From contig NC_083409.1 in NCBI RefSeq assembly GCF_020745735.1, positions 10,095,534 to 10,159,533 on the forward strand: a stretch of 64,000 bases of DNA. Direction: 5' to 3'. Position numbers and translations under genes: made by a program. The notes below the pieces were generated by a model. It was not told the DNA's origin. It was given only the letters and a program-made list of their open reading frames with translations, and ran no database searches. The stretch is from Hemiscyllium ocellatum (Eukaryota). Shown here in pieces: positions 10,630 to 24,010 of the stretch. Each line of letters opens with the position of its first letter. The first letter of the stretch is position 1.

Positions 10630-13200
10630 CTCTGCCCATTTCCCCAAATGATCAAGGTCCCACTGTACTCTCAGATAGCCTTCTTCACTATCCACTGTAC
10701 CAATTTTGGTGTCATTTAAAAACTCGCCATAATTCCTATATTCACATCCAAATCATTTATTTAAATGATGAAAAGCCATGGACCCAGCACCAATCCTTGT
10801 GGCACACAGCTGACATCTGATCTCCAGTCTGAAAAGCAACCCCTTACCACCACTCTCTGTCTCCTATCTTGAAGCCATTTTTTTACCCAAATGGCTAGCT
10901 CCCCCTGGATCCCATGTGGCCTAACCTTCCTAATCAATCTATCATGTGGAACCTTGTCAAATGCTGAAGTCCATATAGACAGTGTCTACTGTCCTGCCTA
11001 CCCCAATCTTCTCTTCAAACAACCTCAATCACGTTAGTGAGACATGATTACCATGCACAAAACTGCATTGATTGTCCAAATGCATGTAAATCCTGTTCCT
11101 CAGAATTCACTCCAATAACTTACCCAGCAATGACATCAGTCCCACTGGTTTATAGTTCCCTGGCTTTTCCTTAAATAATGGCTAACATTAGCCAACCTCT
11201 CTGGTTCTCCAGAACCTCACTCATGGCTGTCAATCAGAAACATACCTCAGCAAGGGGTCCAGCAATCTCTTTCCTAGCTTTCCACAATGTCCTGGGATAC
11301 ACCTGATCAGGTCCTGGAGATTTATCTACCGTCTTGCACTTTAAGAAATCCTCTTCTGTAATGTCTTTCTCCATGATAAATACTGACCTGGAATATTCAT
11401 TTAAGACCTAAACCATTTCCTGTGGATCCACCCAGAGGTACATTGTTCATCTTCATGGGGCCCTATTCTCTCTCTAGTTACTCTTTTGCCCTTTTCTTAT
11501 TTACCATAATTCTACCACTTTTGCCCTTGAGTAAGTTCAGGAATTGTTTGCCCTCCTTCAAATGTATCTCGACTATACCTGGTCCACATCCTCTACTATT
11601 CTTTTCAGGACTTTCCTGCCAACCTTTGATCCCACTTTATTCAGATCCGTTACATCCATATCCTATAGAAGCTGGCATTTTCCCAGTGAAGATGTTTGAC
11701 CCTGAAAAGGCCTTTGCTCTTTTCTACCGTCACTCTCAACTTTGTGATACAATGATCACTCTTCCTTAAGTGTCCTCTCACTGACACTTGATCCACTTGG
11801 GCCTCCTCATTCCCAAGATCCAGATCTAGCAGAACCTCCTTTCTGAACTGGAAACATGCAGCTGGAGAAAATTCACATGGACACACTCTCACGACCCTGG
11901 CCCCTCTCTGTCCTTCACACTGCTACTACCCCAGTCTATATTCAGAACTTAAAGACATTCCCCCCCCCACCCTCATTTATAATGACTATTACATTTGCAG
12001 GTCACTGTAAATTCCTTGCAAATGTTTTCCTCTAAATCTTTCCCACTGGCTGGTGACTTATTGACTGCACTGATGATTCTGTAGATCTTGGTGTTCCTCT
12101 CTGGTATTACCTCCTGACTCCCACAGCCCTGCCAAGTTAGCTTAAACCCTCTCCAACAGCACGAGTAGATCACCTCAAAGGAGCTCAGTGCCAGCTCTGT
12201 TCAGGAGCAACGCTGTCTGGTCTATCCAGGTCCCATCTCCCCCAGACCCACTCCCAATGTCACAAGAATCTAAAACCCTCCCTCCTGGATCCTCTTTCCA
12301 GCCCCAAAGTCACTTGTGTTATCCTCCTGCTAATCTTGTCACTTGCCTGGGGCACTGGGAGTAATCTGAAGATTCCTACTTTTGAGTTCCTGATGTTAAT
12401 TCCCTTCTGAGCTCCCTAAATTCTGACTGCAGGACTACATCCCTTTTCTCCCTCTGTCACTGGGACTGATGTGGACCACGACTGCTGCCTGTTCCCCCTC
12501 TCCCCTCAGGGTGCTCTGCAGTCGCTCAGTGACATCCTTCACCCTGGCACCAGGGAGACAACACACCATCCTGGATTCTAATCTGCAGCTGCAGAAATAC
12601 CTATTGATGACCTCACTCTCGAATCTCCTTTCACGATCAGTCTTCCAGTCTTCCTTATACCCCCCTCCCCCCAATACAGCTGAGCCACCAGTGGTGCCAT
12701 GGGTTTGGCTCTGGATGCACTCCCCAGATGAACCATCATTCTCATCAGGATTCCAAACTGAATCCTGGTTGGAGAGTGGGATACACTCAGGGGATTCCTG
12801 TACTAGCTGCCTGGTCCTTTTGGACTGGCTGCTGCTCCTCCATTCCCTGTCTCCCTGCATACTCTGAAGCTGCAGAGTGACCACATCTAGAAACGTGCTC
12901 TCCACGGAGCTCTCAGCCTCACGGACGCTCCGCACTGACACCAGCTGCTGCTCAAGCTCCGAAATCCGGAGCTCCAACTGCTGTCACTGACCACACTTCC
13001 TGCACTCATGGTATTCCAGGAACTGGGAAGCATTCTGAAATTCCCACATGGATGCACACTCTCTCCACTCTTTGGTTGTCTCTGGGCAAAGTTCTAATGA
13101 CAAACAGCTCCAGCAGGGCTCACAGTCCAGTGGGTTCAGTGTTCCAGGGTTTTGGGAAAACTCTCCAGAAGTCTTTAAGAAACAGGAGCAGAAATCAGCC
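10630..13200 (-). mobile_element. Degenerate CR1 LINE (ORF1 with esterase domain, APE endonuclease, RT remnants)
   Basis: ORF 12435-12977(-) ELRISELEQQL..RMVCCLPGARVKDV..VVVHI; 11650-11892(-) LDLDLGNEE..HLRKSDH. Confidence 0.8.
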
Positions 13201-16200
13201 AATCAGCCCATTGAATCTGCTCTGCCATTTGATCTTGGCAGATATGCTTCTCACCCCATTCTCCTGCCTATTCCACAGGAACGTTCAATCCCCTTAGCAA
13301 TCACAAACCTATCTATCTCTGTCTTAAATACACTCAGTGACCTGGCCTCCAGCGCACTGTAGCAATGAGTTCCACAGATTCCCCACCCTCTGGCTGAAGA
13401 AAGTCCTCCTCATCTCAGCTCGAAAGGTTGGCCCTTCATTCTGAGGCTGTGCCTTGGTTACTGAGTCTCTCCTCTTTTTGGAAACATCTTCTCTGCATCC
13501 ACTCTATCCAGGCCTATCAGTATTCTGTAAATTTCAATAAGGTCCCTCATCCTTCTAAACTCCAGTAAGTACAGACCCAGAGTCCTCAACCACGCCTCAT
13601 ATGACAAGCCTTTCATCCCCAGGATCATTCTTGTAAACCCCTTCAATGCCAGCACGTTGTTTCTTAGAATATGGGTCCCAAATCTGCTCACAATATTCCA
13701 AATGTGGTTTGACCAGAGCCTTACACAGCCTCAGCAGTACATCTCTGCTCTTGTATTCTGGCCCTACTGAAATGAATGTGAACATTTTATTTGTTTCCCA
13801 AGCACAAACTGGACCTGCCTGTTAACCTGAAGGGAAATCTGAATGAGGTTTGTGCTTTAGATTTCCAAAGACTTTCCTCATTTAGAAAACAGTCTTTGCA
13901 TCTGTTCTTCATCCCAAAGTGCATACCCTCACACTGTCACACATTGTATTCTATCTGCCACTTCTTTGCCCACTCTCCGAGCCTATCCAGGGGTTTTTAC
14001 AGCCTTCCCACTTCCTCAACACTACCTGTCCCTCCACCTATCTCATGTCACCTGCAAACTTAGCAACAATGTCTTCACTTCCTTCATCCAGATTGTTCAC
14101 ATATCATGTGAATAGTTATGGTCCCAACATTGACACCTGCAGAACTCTACTCGTCACCAGCGGCCATTGTTCCTCATGTTCTGCTTTATGCCAACCTGCC
14201 AGTCCTCAGTCCATGCCAGTACATTGCCCCTAACACTGTGGGCGTTTATCTTATGTCAAGTGCCTTCTGGAAATCCAAAAAGATTACTTCCTCGGACTCT
14301 CTTTTGTCTGATTGGTTCATTGCCTCCTCAAAGAATTCTAACAGATTTGCCAGGCATGACGTCTCCTTGATGAAGCCATTGCACTTCCAAGTCCTCTGCA
14401 ATTTCATCCTTAAATTGAAGTCTAAAACCTTACCAACAACTGAGTCCTGGCTAACTGGCCGATAATGTCCCATCTTCTACCTCCCTCCATTCTTAAACAG
14501 GGGTGGTATGTGAGCCATTTTCCTGTCCCTTGCCCCTACCAAATCTGTCCCCACCCCACCTCCACACCCTGACTCCATTGATTCCTGAAAGATCATCTCC
14601 AATACCTCCACAATCTCCTCAGTGATCTCCTTCAGAACACACTGGTGTAGTTCATCCAGTCTGGGTGAGTTATCCACATTCAGACCTTCCAGCTTCCCCA
14701 GTACCTCCTCCTTAGTGATGGCCACTACACTTCCCTCCAACCCCTGACAGTCTTGAATTACTGGTACACTGCTGGTGTTTTCCATGGTGCAGACTGATGC
14801 AAAGTATCTATTCAATTCCTCTGCTATTCCTAATTTTCCTGTTATTCTTTCTCCAGCCTCACTTTCCAGTGATCCATAGTCTATTTTTGACTCCCTCTTC
14901 CTTTTTATACACCTGATAAAACTCCTGCAATCTTCTTTTATATGACTGGCTAGATAACTCCCACATTTCACATTCTCCACCCTTAATGCTTTTTCAGTTA
15001 TCCCCTGCAGGTTTTTAAAGGCTTCCTAATCCTCTGGCTTCCCACTATTCTCCACCACATTGTGTGCTTTTTCTTTTGCTTTTATGCTGTCCTTGACCTC
15101 CCCCATCAGCCATGGTTGCCTTGTCCTCCCCTTGGTATTTTTTTTCTTTTTTGGGATGAATTCCTGCTCTGCTTCCTGGATTACCCCCAGAAACTCTGCT
15201 GTTTGCTGTCCCACCATCTTACCTGCTCGGCTCCCCTTCCAACCAACTCTGGCCAGCTCCTTCCTCATGTCTTTCGAGTTACTTTTACTCAATTGAAATA
15301 CTGTTCCATCTGATTGCAGCTTCTCCCTCTCAAACTACAGGGGGAATTGTATCATATTATGGTCACTTATCCACAGGGATACTTTCATCTTAAACTCACT
15401 AATCATGTTTGCTTCAATACACATCACTGAATCCAGACCTGCCTGTTCCATCATGGCTCAAACACAAGCTGCTCCAAAATTCATCTCGTCGACATTCTAT
15501 GAAACCTTTCCTTGAGATACACTACCCAGTCCACATATCCATTGAAGTCTGCCCTGACATTTTCTGTCTCCAGACTGATTTCCTTCCCCACACCCTGATT
15601 ACTGTTTGGAGATCTGGACATAACTTTCATCAGATTCTTTATTTATTGCAGTTCCTCAGCTCTACCCACACAGATTCTACACCTTCTAACTCTATATCAC
15701 TTCTTGCTATTGATTTAATTTCATTTCTCACTAACAAGGCAACTCTTCCCCCTCTGCCCATCTGCCCGTCCTTTTGATGGGACATGTATCCTTGGGTATT
15801 TAGTTCCCAGCCTGGATTCCCTTACAGCCATATCTCTGTGATACCCACAACATTGTACCTGCCAGTTTCAATCTGCACTCCAAGCTCATTGTGTATACTA
15901 TGTGCATTTAAGTACAACACCCTCAGTCCTGCATTGATTGCCCTCCTTCCCATCATTGTCCCCTTATCTGCTGTGCTTTATGTTCGATTCCTGATCCTTT
16001 CTGTACTCTCTGTCCTTTTACATCTTCTAGAAACTTGAATAACCTTTCCTGAGCCCTCCTCCACTTTAATTAGTTCAAATTCCTTAGAAACTCAATTTAC
16101 CTCAATGTGTGGCATCACTTTTACTCCCTTACTCGGAATGCTTTGTGCATTGAGATACAACCTCTTTAAGTTTGTACTATTATTGATTTTCCATGCACTT

Positions 16201-16260
16201 TCATGGTTCCTTTGATGTTCAAAACTTCCATCCCTTTCTTTTATTTTCTGGTCACAATCA
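13200..16260 (-). mobile_element. Degenerate CR1 LINE ORF2 (APE to RT to 3' UTR)
   Basis: LYLNAQSI (~16130), GNYRPVS-like and FLDFQKALD (14246-14473), LCKALVKPHLEYC (13597-13785). Confidence 0.85.
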
Positions 16261-16960
16261 ATCCCATCACTAACCAGCAATCCTACCTTCTCCTTTACCT
16301 TCCATTTTCTCATTTTCCATCCAACTGAACCAAATTCCTTTCTCTTTGGGTTGAGTTCAGGACAATATTTATCATTGAGCCAACATCATTATTGCTGTTT
16401 GATCTCATTGCTTCTAGTGGGATCTTGCTGTGCAGAAACTGGCTGCCACGTTACTGACATTGCAACAGGGACTGCTTATCAAACAGAAATGCCTGTAAAT
16501 GTCTTTCAGAGAGTCAAAAATATTAAGGGCTGGATTGAAATATAATTAGTGTCAGGGATGGACAGCACAGAAACAAATACCTTCAACTCCCTGATAATCC
16601 TGCCCACAACTGATTTCAATCTCTCCCCAGGGTTATTGCCCTCTGTGCTGGTGGAAATCAGTCCTTCCTACCCACTCTGTCCAGGCCCCTCATCATTTTA
16701 CACACCACCATCAAATCTCCCCTCAGCCTCCTCTGTTCCAACGAAAACACTCCCAGCCAATCCAAACATCCCTCAAAACTCAAAGTCCCAATTCCAGACA
16801 AACTCTTCCTCTGTCCTGGTCTCTCGAGAGATCACATCCTTCCTGTAATGTGGTGACCAGAACCGTACACAGTTCTCTCACTGTGCTCTAACTGGGGTTT
16901 TACACAGTTCCAGAATAAACAAACTTCTTGCTTTCACAGTCAACCAAAAATGAGATAAGG

Positions 16961-17290
16961 GAGGTGATGGTCTAATGGTGTTATTGCTGAGCTGTTAATC
17001 CAGAGATCCAGATAATGTTCTGGGGACCAGGGTTAGAATCCAGATGATGGTGGCATTCAAATTCAATCCAAACAAAATCTGCAATTAAGAGTCTAATGAT
17101 GACCATGAAACCATCGTTGATTGTCAGGAAAAAGCATCTGATTCCCTTATGTCCTTTAGGGAAGGAAACTGCCATCCTTACCATGTGACCCCAGACCCAC
17201 AGCAATGTGGGTGACTCTAAACGGCCCTTTGGGTGATTAGGGATGGGCAATAAATGCTGCCGATCCATCAATGCCCTCATTCCATCAAGG
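16961..17290 (+). mobile_element. tRNA-derived SINE
   Basis: A-box-like TGGTCTAATGG (~16968) and B-box-like GGTTAGAATCC (~17031), ending gggcaataaatgctg, a tail repeated elsewhere in the window. Confidence 0.6.
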
Positions 17291-18428
17291 GAAAAAGAAA
17301 AACATTTTTTCCCATTTGTCTTCTGAACTATCTCACTGACCTGCATTCATTAGTCACCATGGCCACATCTTCCACCTCCACACACATCTGACTTCCAGCT
17401 TCAACATGATGAGAGACGTTCCTTCATTATCTGAGAAACAGAAACATCAAACACAGGAGCAGCAGTAGGCCATTCGGCCCTTCAAGGCCTGCTCCACCAT
17501 TCAGTATGATCAAGGCTGATCATCCAACACAGTCCCCTGTTCCTACTTTCTCCCCACATTCTTTGATCCCTTTAATCCTAGGAACTATATCTAATTCCTT
17601 CTTAAATACACATTGCATCTAATTCCCTTTTACTGGAAAAATGGATGACAATTATTGGGTTGTTGTTTTTTGACCAGTATGGACACAATGAGCTGATGGG
17701 CCTTTTGGGTCCCGAAGACTCTATTGTTATATATTGTGAATAACTGAGTACCAAGGACTGACCCTTGTGGCACCCTAAGTTGTAATTACCTGCCATTCAG
17801 AAAAAGACTCATTCTTTCTGTGCTGCCTGCCAACCAGTTCCCAATCCATGTCAGTACGTGACCCCAATCCTCTTGTTCATTTGGTCTAGATCTGGGAGTC
17901 CCACCCTTACTCATTGTGGGAACAGATTCTGAACAGTCTGTCTCATCCTTCGAGGGCTCCCACTGCCCTGACACTGATTTCCCATCATGTCATTGGTTCC
18001 GATCCACTTTTACCAAAGCACCGCACAGTTTAGTAAAATGAAAACTTTTACACTTGCTCCATGGTTCTCCATTTCCATCCCTACTCTCAATCTCACTGAG
18101 TTCTGATCACCGTCACTAAAATGATCCCCCATCGATAGCCCTTCTCGATGCCCACATTCATTCCATAACCAATGGTCCAAAATTGTCCCTTCTCTCTCTC
18201 TCTGCTGCTTCACCATCACCTTCTCAGGGGCAACTAGAGACGGTAATGAATGCTGGCCCTGCCAGTGACACTCAGATCCCAAGAAGCAATTTGAACAATG
18301 TCTGTTCATTTGTCGGGTTTGTTAGGTATTGACTACAAATGTTCAAAAAATTGCATTGCCAGTGAATATTGTGAGAGTTGAATTCCCTTCAAATGGCAGG
18401 GATTAAAATTGTTTCTCTTTTCTTTCAG

Positions 18429-18757
18429 GCCGTGACAACTCTCAGCCCAAGCTGACCCTGCTGCCCCCCTCCCCGGAGCAGGTCAGTGCCAAGGGCACTG
18501 CCACCCTGGTGTGCCTTGCCAATCACTTCTATCCCGATGAGCTGGAGGTGCAGTGGAAGAAGGATGGTGCAGTCATTTCGGACGGGGTTCAGACCAGCAA
18601 CTACCTGCGAGCTTCGGACAGCACCTACAGTGTCAGCAGCATGCTGACACTCTCTGGGTCTGACTGGGAGTCCAACGCTCACTTCTCCTGTGCCCTCACC
18701 CACGTGACCCTCCCCTCTCCCCTCAGCAAGAGCATCAGTAAATCAGAATGTGTATAG
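18429..18757 (+). CDS. IGKC: Ig kappa-type light chain constant exon
   Basis: Polypyrimidine tract plus AG at 18427-18428; J A|GC gives S-RDNSQPKLTLLPPSPEQV..ATLVCLANHFYP..VQWKKDG..YSVSSMLTL..FSCALTH..SKSECV*; C1-set Cys/Trp/Cys plus penultimate interchain Cys; TAG 18755-18757. Confidence 0.97.
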
Positions 18758-19282
18758 AGAGCGTGAGACAGTCCACAGAGGAGACACAACTTTAAATAGA
18801 ACAGCGCTGAGCTGACAGGACAAAGGTCATTGTCAGCACTGAATTTCAACTCTCTTCCTTCTCAGGACTGCTCAGGGAACCTTCTGAGGTTTGGATGTAA
18901 AAGCAGGTCATTGCGACAGTGTCGACGGAGCTTTACGCTGTGTCAAACCCCATGCTGTCCCTGTTCTGGGAGTGTTTGATGGGGACAGAGTTGACTTGTG
19001 ATGCCAAGTAAAATCTCTTGAAGTTGCTGAAGACTGTCAGCTGTACAAAACAATGTGAACCTCAGAATTCTCTGCTTCAGTAAACCAGATCTCCTTCCTG
19101 CTCAGCTGCCAGTTCCAATTTAAGGTTTTGTCACTGTTTAAAGGGACAGGATTCTCATGTTATTGAGCAAACCTCCACAAGTGTTTTCCTCAAGCTCCAT
19201 TGTGGCTGTGAATTTGAGCAGCCTCCTCTGTCTGGGCTGTTAATTGCAGTTTTTTTTCTGTCTATGTGAATGTGGAAAAGGG

Positions 19283-19288
19283 AATAAA
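19283..19288 (+). terminator. Candidate polyadenylation signal for the light-chain mRNA
   Basis: First canonical AATAAA I found after the C stop (~525 nt downstream), followed by GT/T-rich sequence. Confidence 0.4.
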
Positions 19289-19664
19289 GATGAAGATTCA
19301 GTCTCTGTCTCTGTCTGCTTTGGAAATAGATGACTTTCCCCGCCTCCCAGTTGATTGACTGCATTTCAGCAGGTCATTGTCAAGATTGGCTGGTTGGCCT
19401 GTCAATCAATCATCAATCATTAATCATTTTCAAATGATCCCTTTGGTCAGGAATTTATGCAGGTTACAAGATTCCAAAAAGAACAGAAACTGAAAGTTGT
19501 TAGGACTCAATAAGTACAATCTGATGCATTCCCTCTTCACTCTGTTGGTCCAGGCCCGGCTGATGGGATCGCACTGTGCAATCTCTGCTGCATGTTGGGT
19601 AGCTGTTGAAACAACCTTCGGCCAATCACTGACATTGTCAGCTGTGTCTCTCTGAGGTAAAAAC

Positions 19665-19891
19665 AAGGACTGCAGATGCTGGAAACCAGATTCTAGATTA
19701 GAGTGGTACTGGAAAAGCACAGCAGTTCAGGCAGCATCTGAGGAGCAGGAAAATCGACATTTCGGGCAAAAGCCCTTCATCAGGAATAGAGCTCTATTCT
19801 TGATGAAGGGCTTTTGCCCGAAACGTCGATTTTCCTGCTCCTCAGATGCTGCCTGAACCGATGTGTTTTTCCAGCACCACTCTAATCTAGA
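19665..19891. repeat. Near-perfect ~200-bp palindromic Penelope-derived element with two hammerhead-like cores
   Basis: Arms 19692-19791 and 19792-19891, centred on ATAGAGCTCTAT. Confidence 0.85.
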
Positions 19892-21256
19892 ATGTGTGCC
19901 TCTCTGAGTGTGAGTGTTTAACTTAATGCTGCTTGGAGGGGTCTCTCTCAGTGTGGATTTGTTACTCAGAGAGACACCTACAGGCAGCGTTCAGTAACGC
20001 ACCCACATTCGGAGACACCTGTCTGCAGCATGGAGTGTGATCATGTTCCTCAGTGCTACCTGTCTCACAGAGTGAGTGTGTTACTCTGTGCTGTCTGTAG
20101 GTGTCTCTCTGAGATATGTGTCTCCGAGCGTTGGATTGAGAATGGGCTTTGTGCTGGGGATTAAAGATTAGGCTTTAATCTTCTCAAATCATGAATGGAA
20201 AACAGTTCTGCTGATTCAGTCTGAGATGGCAGCTCATTCAGATGGCCGAAGTTAAAAATCCAACAACTCCAGGGGATAGTCAAACAGGTTTATTTGAAAG
20301 TAGAAGCGTTCAGAGCACTGCTTCTTCATCAGGTAGCTGGAGGGGCAGGATCATTGGACACAGAATTTATTGTAAATTCAGATGGCAGCTGAGAAAGGTG
20401 AATACTGAGAGTGTATTCTCAGTAAGTGAGGGATTTCAGAGGCAGTGGGCACTGTGCTCCCTAATGCAGAAATGTCGATTTTCCTGCTCATCAGATGCTG
20501 CCTGACCTGCTGTGCTTTTCCAGCACTACTCTAATCTAGACTGTGCTCCCTAACGTGCTGCCCAATTACAGGGGACTTTCTGAATCCAGGGTCAATGGTG
20601 GCTGCCTGCCCAGCCAATGCTGGCTCCCCATAGTCATATTTCAGTGGTTAATTAACCCAAAACAAGGTGCAGCAATATTACCTTCCAGGGAGGGGAGCTG
20701 TCTGAGGGAGGGAGGTTGAACTCTTGCAGCCCCAAGAGAGGTTGCGGTGGATTAATGACAGGTATGACCACCATGAAGGTGCCACCTTCTCTCCCCCTGC
20801 CCCAGCTGTGATGACCCTCAGGTTAAAAGTGTGACTGCTCTGGGATGATGACCACATTCCTGGGTGATGGAGGGAAGGTCAACTGCTCCCAAAGGCAGCA
20901 CAAGCTGGATCAAAGGTGAAACAAGAGTAAGCATGGGGAGATTGAGGGTGACAGAAGGAGGGGGTTGGTTGGCAGGTTGTTATTCAGAGTCAGGTCCCAG
21001 AGTATCAGTCCTTCTGACATGCCCCTTTCTATCTGTCAGCCAGAGCTCCCTGATTGGACAAATTTAACTGGCCCTGTCAGAGAACTCATATTTTTATCAA
21101 AAAGAATAAAACATTTATTGAACAAGGAGCTCAAGAGCTAAATGACACTAGACAAAATGAATGGTTTGAAAGGTTTCATTATGGACACCGCAAATGAGAT
21201 TTGGTGAAGAACTTTTTCACTCAATGGGTGGTGGGAATCTGGAATGGACTGTCATA

Positions 21257-21554
21257 AAATCCCTACTGTGAGGAAACAGGCCACTTGGCCCAACATGTCA
21301 ACACTGACCCTTGGAAGAGTAACCTACCCAAGACCCAATCCCCTATCTTATTACTCTGCTTTTCCCCTGACTGATGAGCCTAACCTACACATCCCTGATC
21401 ACCACGGGCAACTTAGCATGGCCAATTCACCTAACCTGCACGTCTTTAGACTGTGGGAGGAAACCAGAGCACCCAGAGGAAACCTACGCAGGCACTTGGA
21501 GAATGTGCAAACTCCACACAGACAGTTGCCTGAGGCTGGAATTGAACCTGGGTC
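21257..21554 (-). mobile_element. HE1-type (V-SINE) tRNA-derived SINE
   Basis: Reverse complement of the V-domain (ttctcc..gtgtctgcgtgggtttcctc..ggtttcctcccacagtc..aaaga.gtgcagg). Confidence 0.8.
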
Positions 21555-21559
21555 AAAAC

Positions 21560-24010
21560 ACCCAATCCAGCCTTGACTTCGCTCCAGCATCTGCCTCCAC
21601 TTCTGGCCCCTCCCACTCTGCAACCAAGACTGAGACTACATTTCCCACAGTCCCCCTGAGTCCAACTGCCTACCTGCAGCCAGCCAGCACACTCGCTCTC
21701 CCTCCTCACCCATACACCCCCACAGTGCACCCTATCCCTCCACTTCTCCATCTTCACCACATCCCCACCTTCCCACTCCCCCACCTCACTCCACATCCCA
21801 CCTCCACCCCAATCTCCTTTCTCTCCCACACCCATTCTCTCCCATTCCCATTACCCTTTCCCCCTCCCCTCCTTCAGCCATCTCAGACCCCCCTGAAAAC
21901 CTCGTCCCCCACCCTGAGCCTTGCCCCTTATTTCCTATCCCCCCACGACCTCGAACTCTCTGAGGCCAAAAGGTCCATCCTGAGAAAAGGGCTCACATTC
22001 GTTCCCCACCTCAAAAAATCCCGCACCCACCAGGACGTGGAGCTCTTCTTCCGCCGCCTCTACCTCCGTGTCTTCTTCTTTAACAAAAACTCCCAAACTC
22101 CCTCTGAGGACCCCTCCTCCCACCTTCAACCTTCCTCCTCCACTTGGTCAACCCCCCACCCCCCACCACCAGCTGTGTACACCCAATTTCTTCATTGCTG
22201 ACCATTGATGTGACATCCCCCTCCACCAATACCCTCCTCCATCTGGCCGAACTGGTCCTCACCCTCAACAACTTTTCCTTTAACTCCTCCCAGTTCCTCT
22301 AAATCCAGGGGTGGCTATGATTACCTGGATGGGCCCCAGCTCCCCCTGCCCCTTTATTGGCTATGCTGAACAGTCCCTCTTCAGTGCCTACACAGGCACT
22401 GTGCCCCAGCTCTGCTACCATTACATCGATGACTGCGTTGGTGCAGTGACCTGCACCCAGGCTGAACTGGAGCAGTTCATCGTCTTCACCCACAACTTGC
22501 ACCCTACCCTCAAGGTCACTTGGTCCACCTTCGACACCTCCCTCCCCTTTACTGACCTCTCCATTCCCATCTCCGGTGACAGTGTTCAGATCGACATTTA
22601 CTGCAAACTCACAGACTCCCATTATTACTCGGACTATACTTTCTCCCACCCAGTATCCTGCAAGAACTCCATCCCATTCTTCCAATTCCTCCGCCTCAGC
22701 TCTATCTGCTCGTATGAGGAGACATTCCACTCCCAAGGATTCCAGATGTCCACCTATTTTGAACAACATGCTTTTGCTCCTTCTGTCATCCATCGCACCA
22801 CCTCCATTTCCCGTTCCACTGCTCTAAACCCACCCCCCTCCAAACAGAATAAAGACAGAGTGCCCATTGTCCTCACCTATCATCCAAACCGATCTCTGTA
22901 TCCAACACATCATCCTATTCCGCCAAGCCTAACAAGACCCCACCACCAAGAATGTCTTCCTCACCCTACCCCTGTCTGCCTTCCACAAGGACTGTTCCCT
23001 TTGACAATTCTTGGTTTGCACCACTCTCTCCACCATCTCTCCTGAACCCCTCAGTACCTTCCCCTGCAAACGAAAAGGATGCAAAGCCTGCTGGTACACC
23101 AACCCCAGCACCTCCATCCAGGGCCCCAAACAGTCCTTCCAGGTGAGACAGAGGTTCACCTACCTCTCCTCCAACCTAGTTTACTGCGTCAGGTGGCGGA
23201 ATGTGATCTTCTCTACATCGGGAAGACCAAACATAAACTTAGGCAGCGGTTGGCCGTGCATCTCAGCTGGGCCTGTAGGGGCCGACCAGACCTCCCAGTC
23301 ACCACCCATTTTAATTCCCCTTCCCACTCCCTTTCCTCCGAGTTCAATTCCCGCCTCGGGCAACTGACTGTGTGGAGTTTACACATTCTCCCCGTGTCTG
23401 CGTGGGTTTCCTCTGGGTGTTCCGGTTTCCTCCCACAGTCCAAAAATGTGCAGGTTAGATGAATTGGCCATGCTAAATTGCCCATAGTGTTAGGCGGAGG
23501 GGTAAATGTAGGGGAATGGGTCTGGGTGGGTTGTGCTTCGGCGGGTCAGTGTGGACTTGTTGGGCTGAGGGGCCTGTTTCCATTCTGTAAGTAATCTAAT
23601 CTAATCTAATCAACATGACCATCTTTGGCCTCCTCCATTGCCACAATGAACCAAATCACAAATTGGAGGAACAACACCTCATCTTCCGCCTGGGCAGCCT
23701 ACAGCCCAGAGGATTCAACACTGAGTTCTCCAATTTCAAATACCCTCCCTTCCCATTCCCTGACTCCCTCCCCAGCCCCTCCCATCTCTTCCACTCCTCT
23801 CTGCCACCAAACAGATTCATTCCTTCCATTGACGAACCAGGTCGTGTCCTCTGCCTGTCTTCATCTATCCCCGTTCTCCACCCTGCCCCAGCCACCCGCT
23901 TTATCTGCAGCTCCGCCTCCACCCACCCCCATTCCTGAAGAAGGGTTACACCTGAAACATCAACTTCTTCACCGCCTGATGCTGCCTGGCTTGCTGTGTT
24001 CCTCCAACCT
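21560..24010 (+). mobile_element. Penelope-like retroelement (RT plus GIY-YIG endonuclease), degenerate
   Basis: LRKGLTFVP, MGPSSPC..YHYIDDCVG..HPTLKVTW..LPFTDLSI (RT), C..C..VYCVR / LYIGKTKHKLRQRLAVH (GIY-YIG); 3' hammerhead-like CTGAAGA..GAAAC at ~23935-23960. Confidence 0.9.
23340..23612 (+). mobile_element. 5'-truncated HE1-type SINE nested in the Penelope GIY-YIG region
   Basis: V-domain plus the 3' tail gtaagtaatctaatctaatctaatc; Penelope sequence resumes at ~23613. Confidence 0.85.

Noticed and set aside
21374-22201. 275-aa Pro/His-rich ORF
   Set aside because: Chimera of an antisense SINE, a C-rich tract and the Penelope ORF start.
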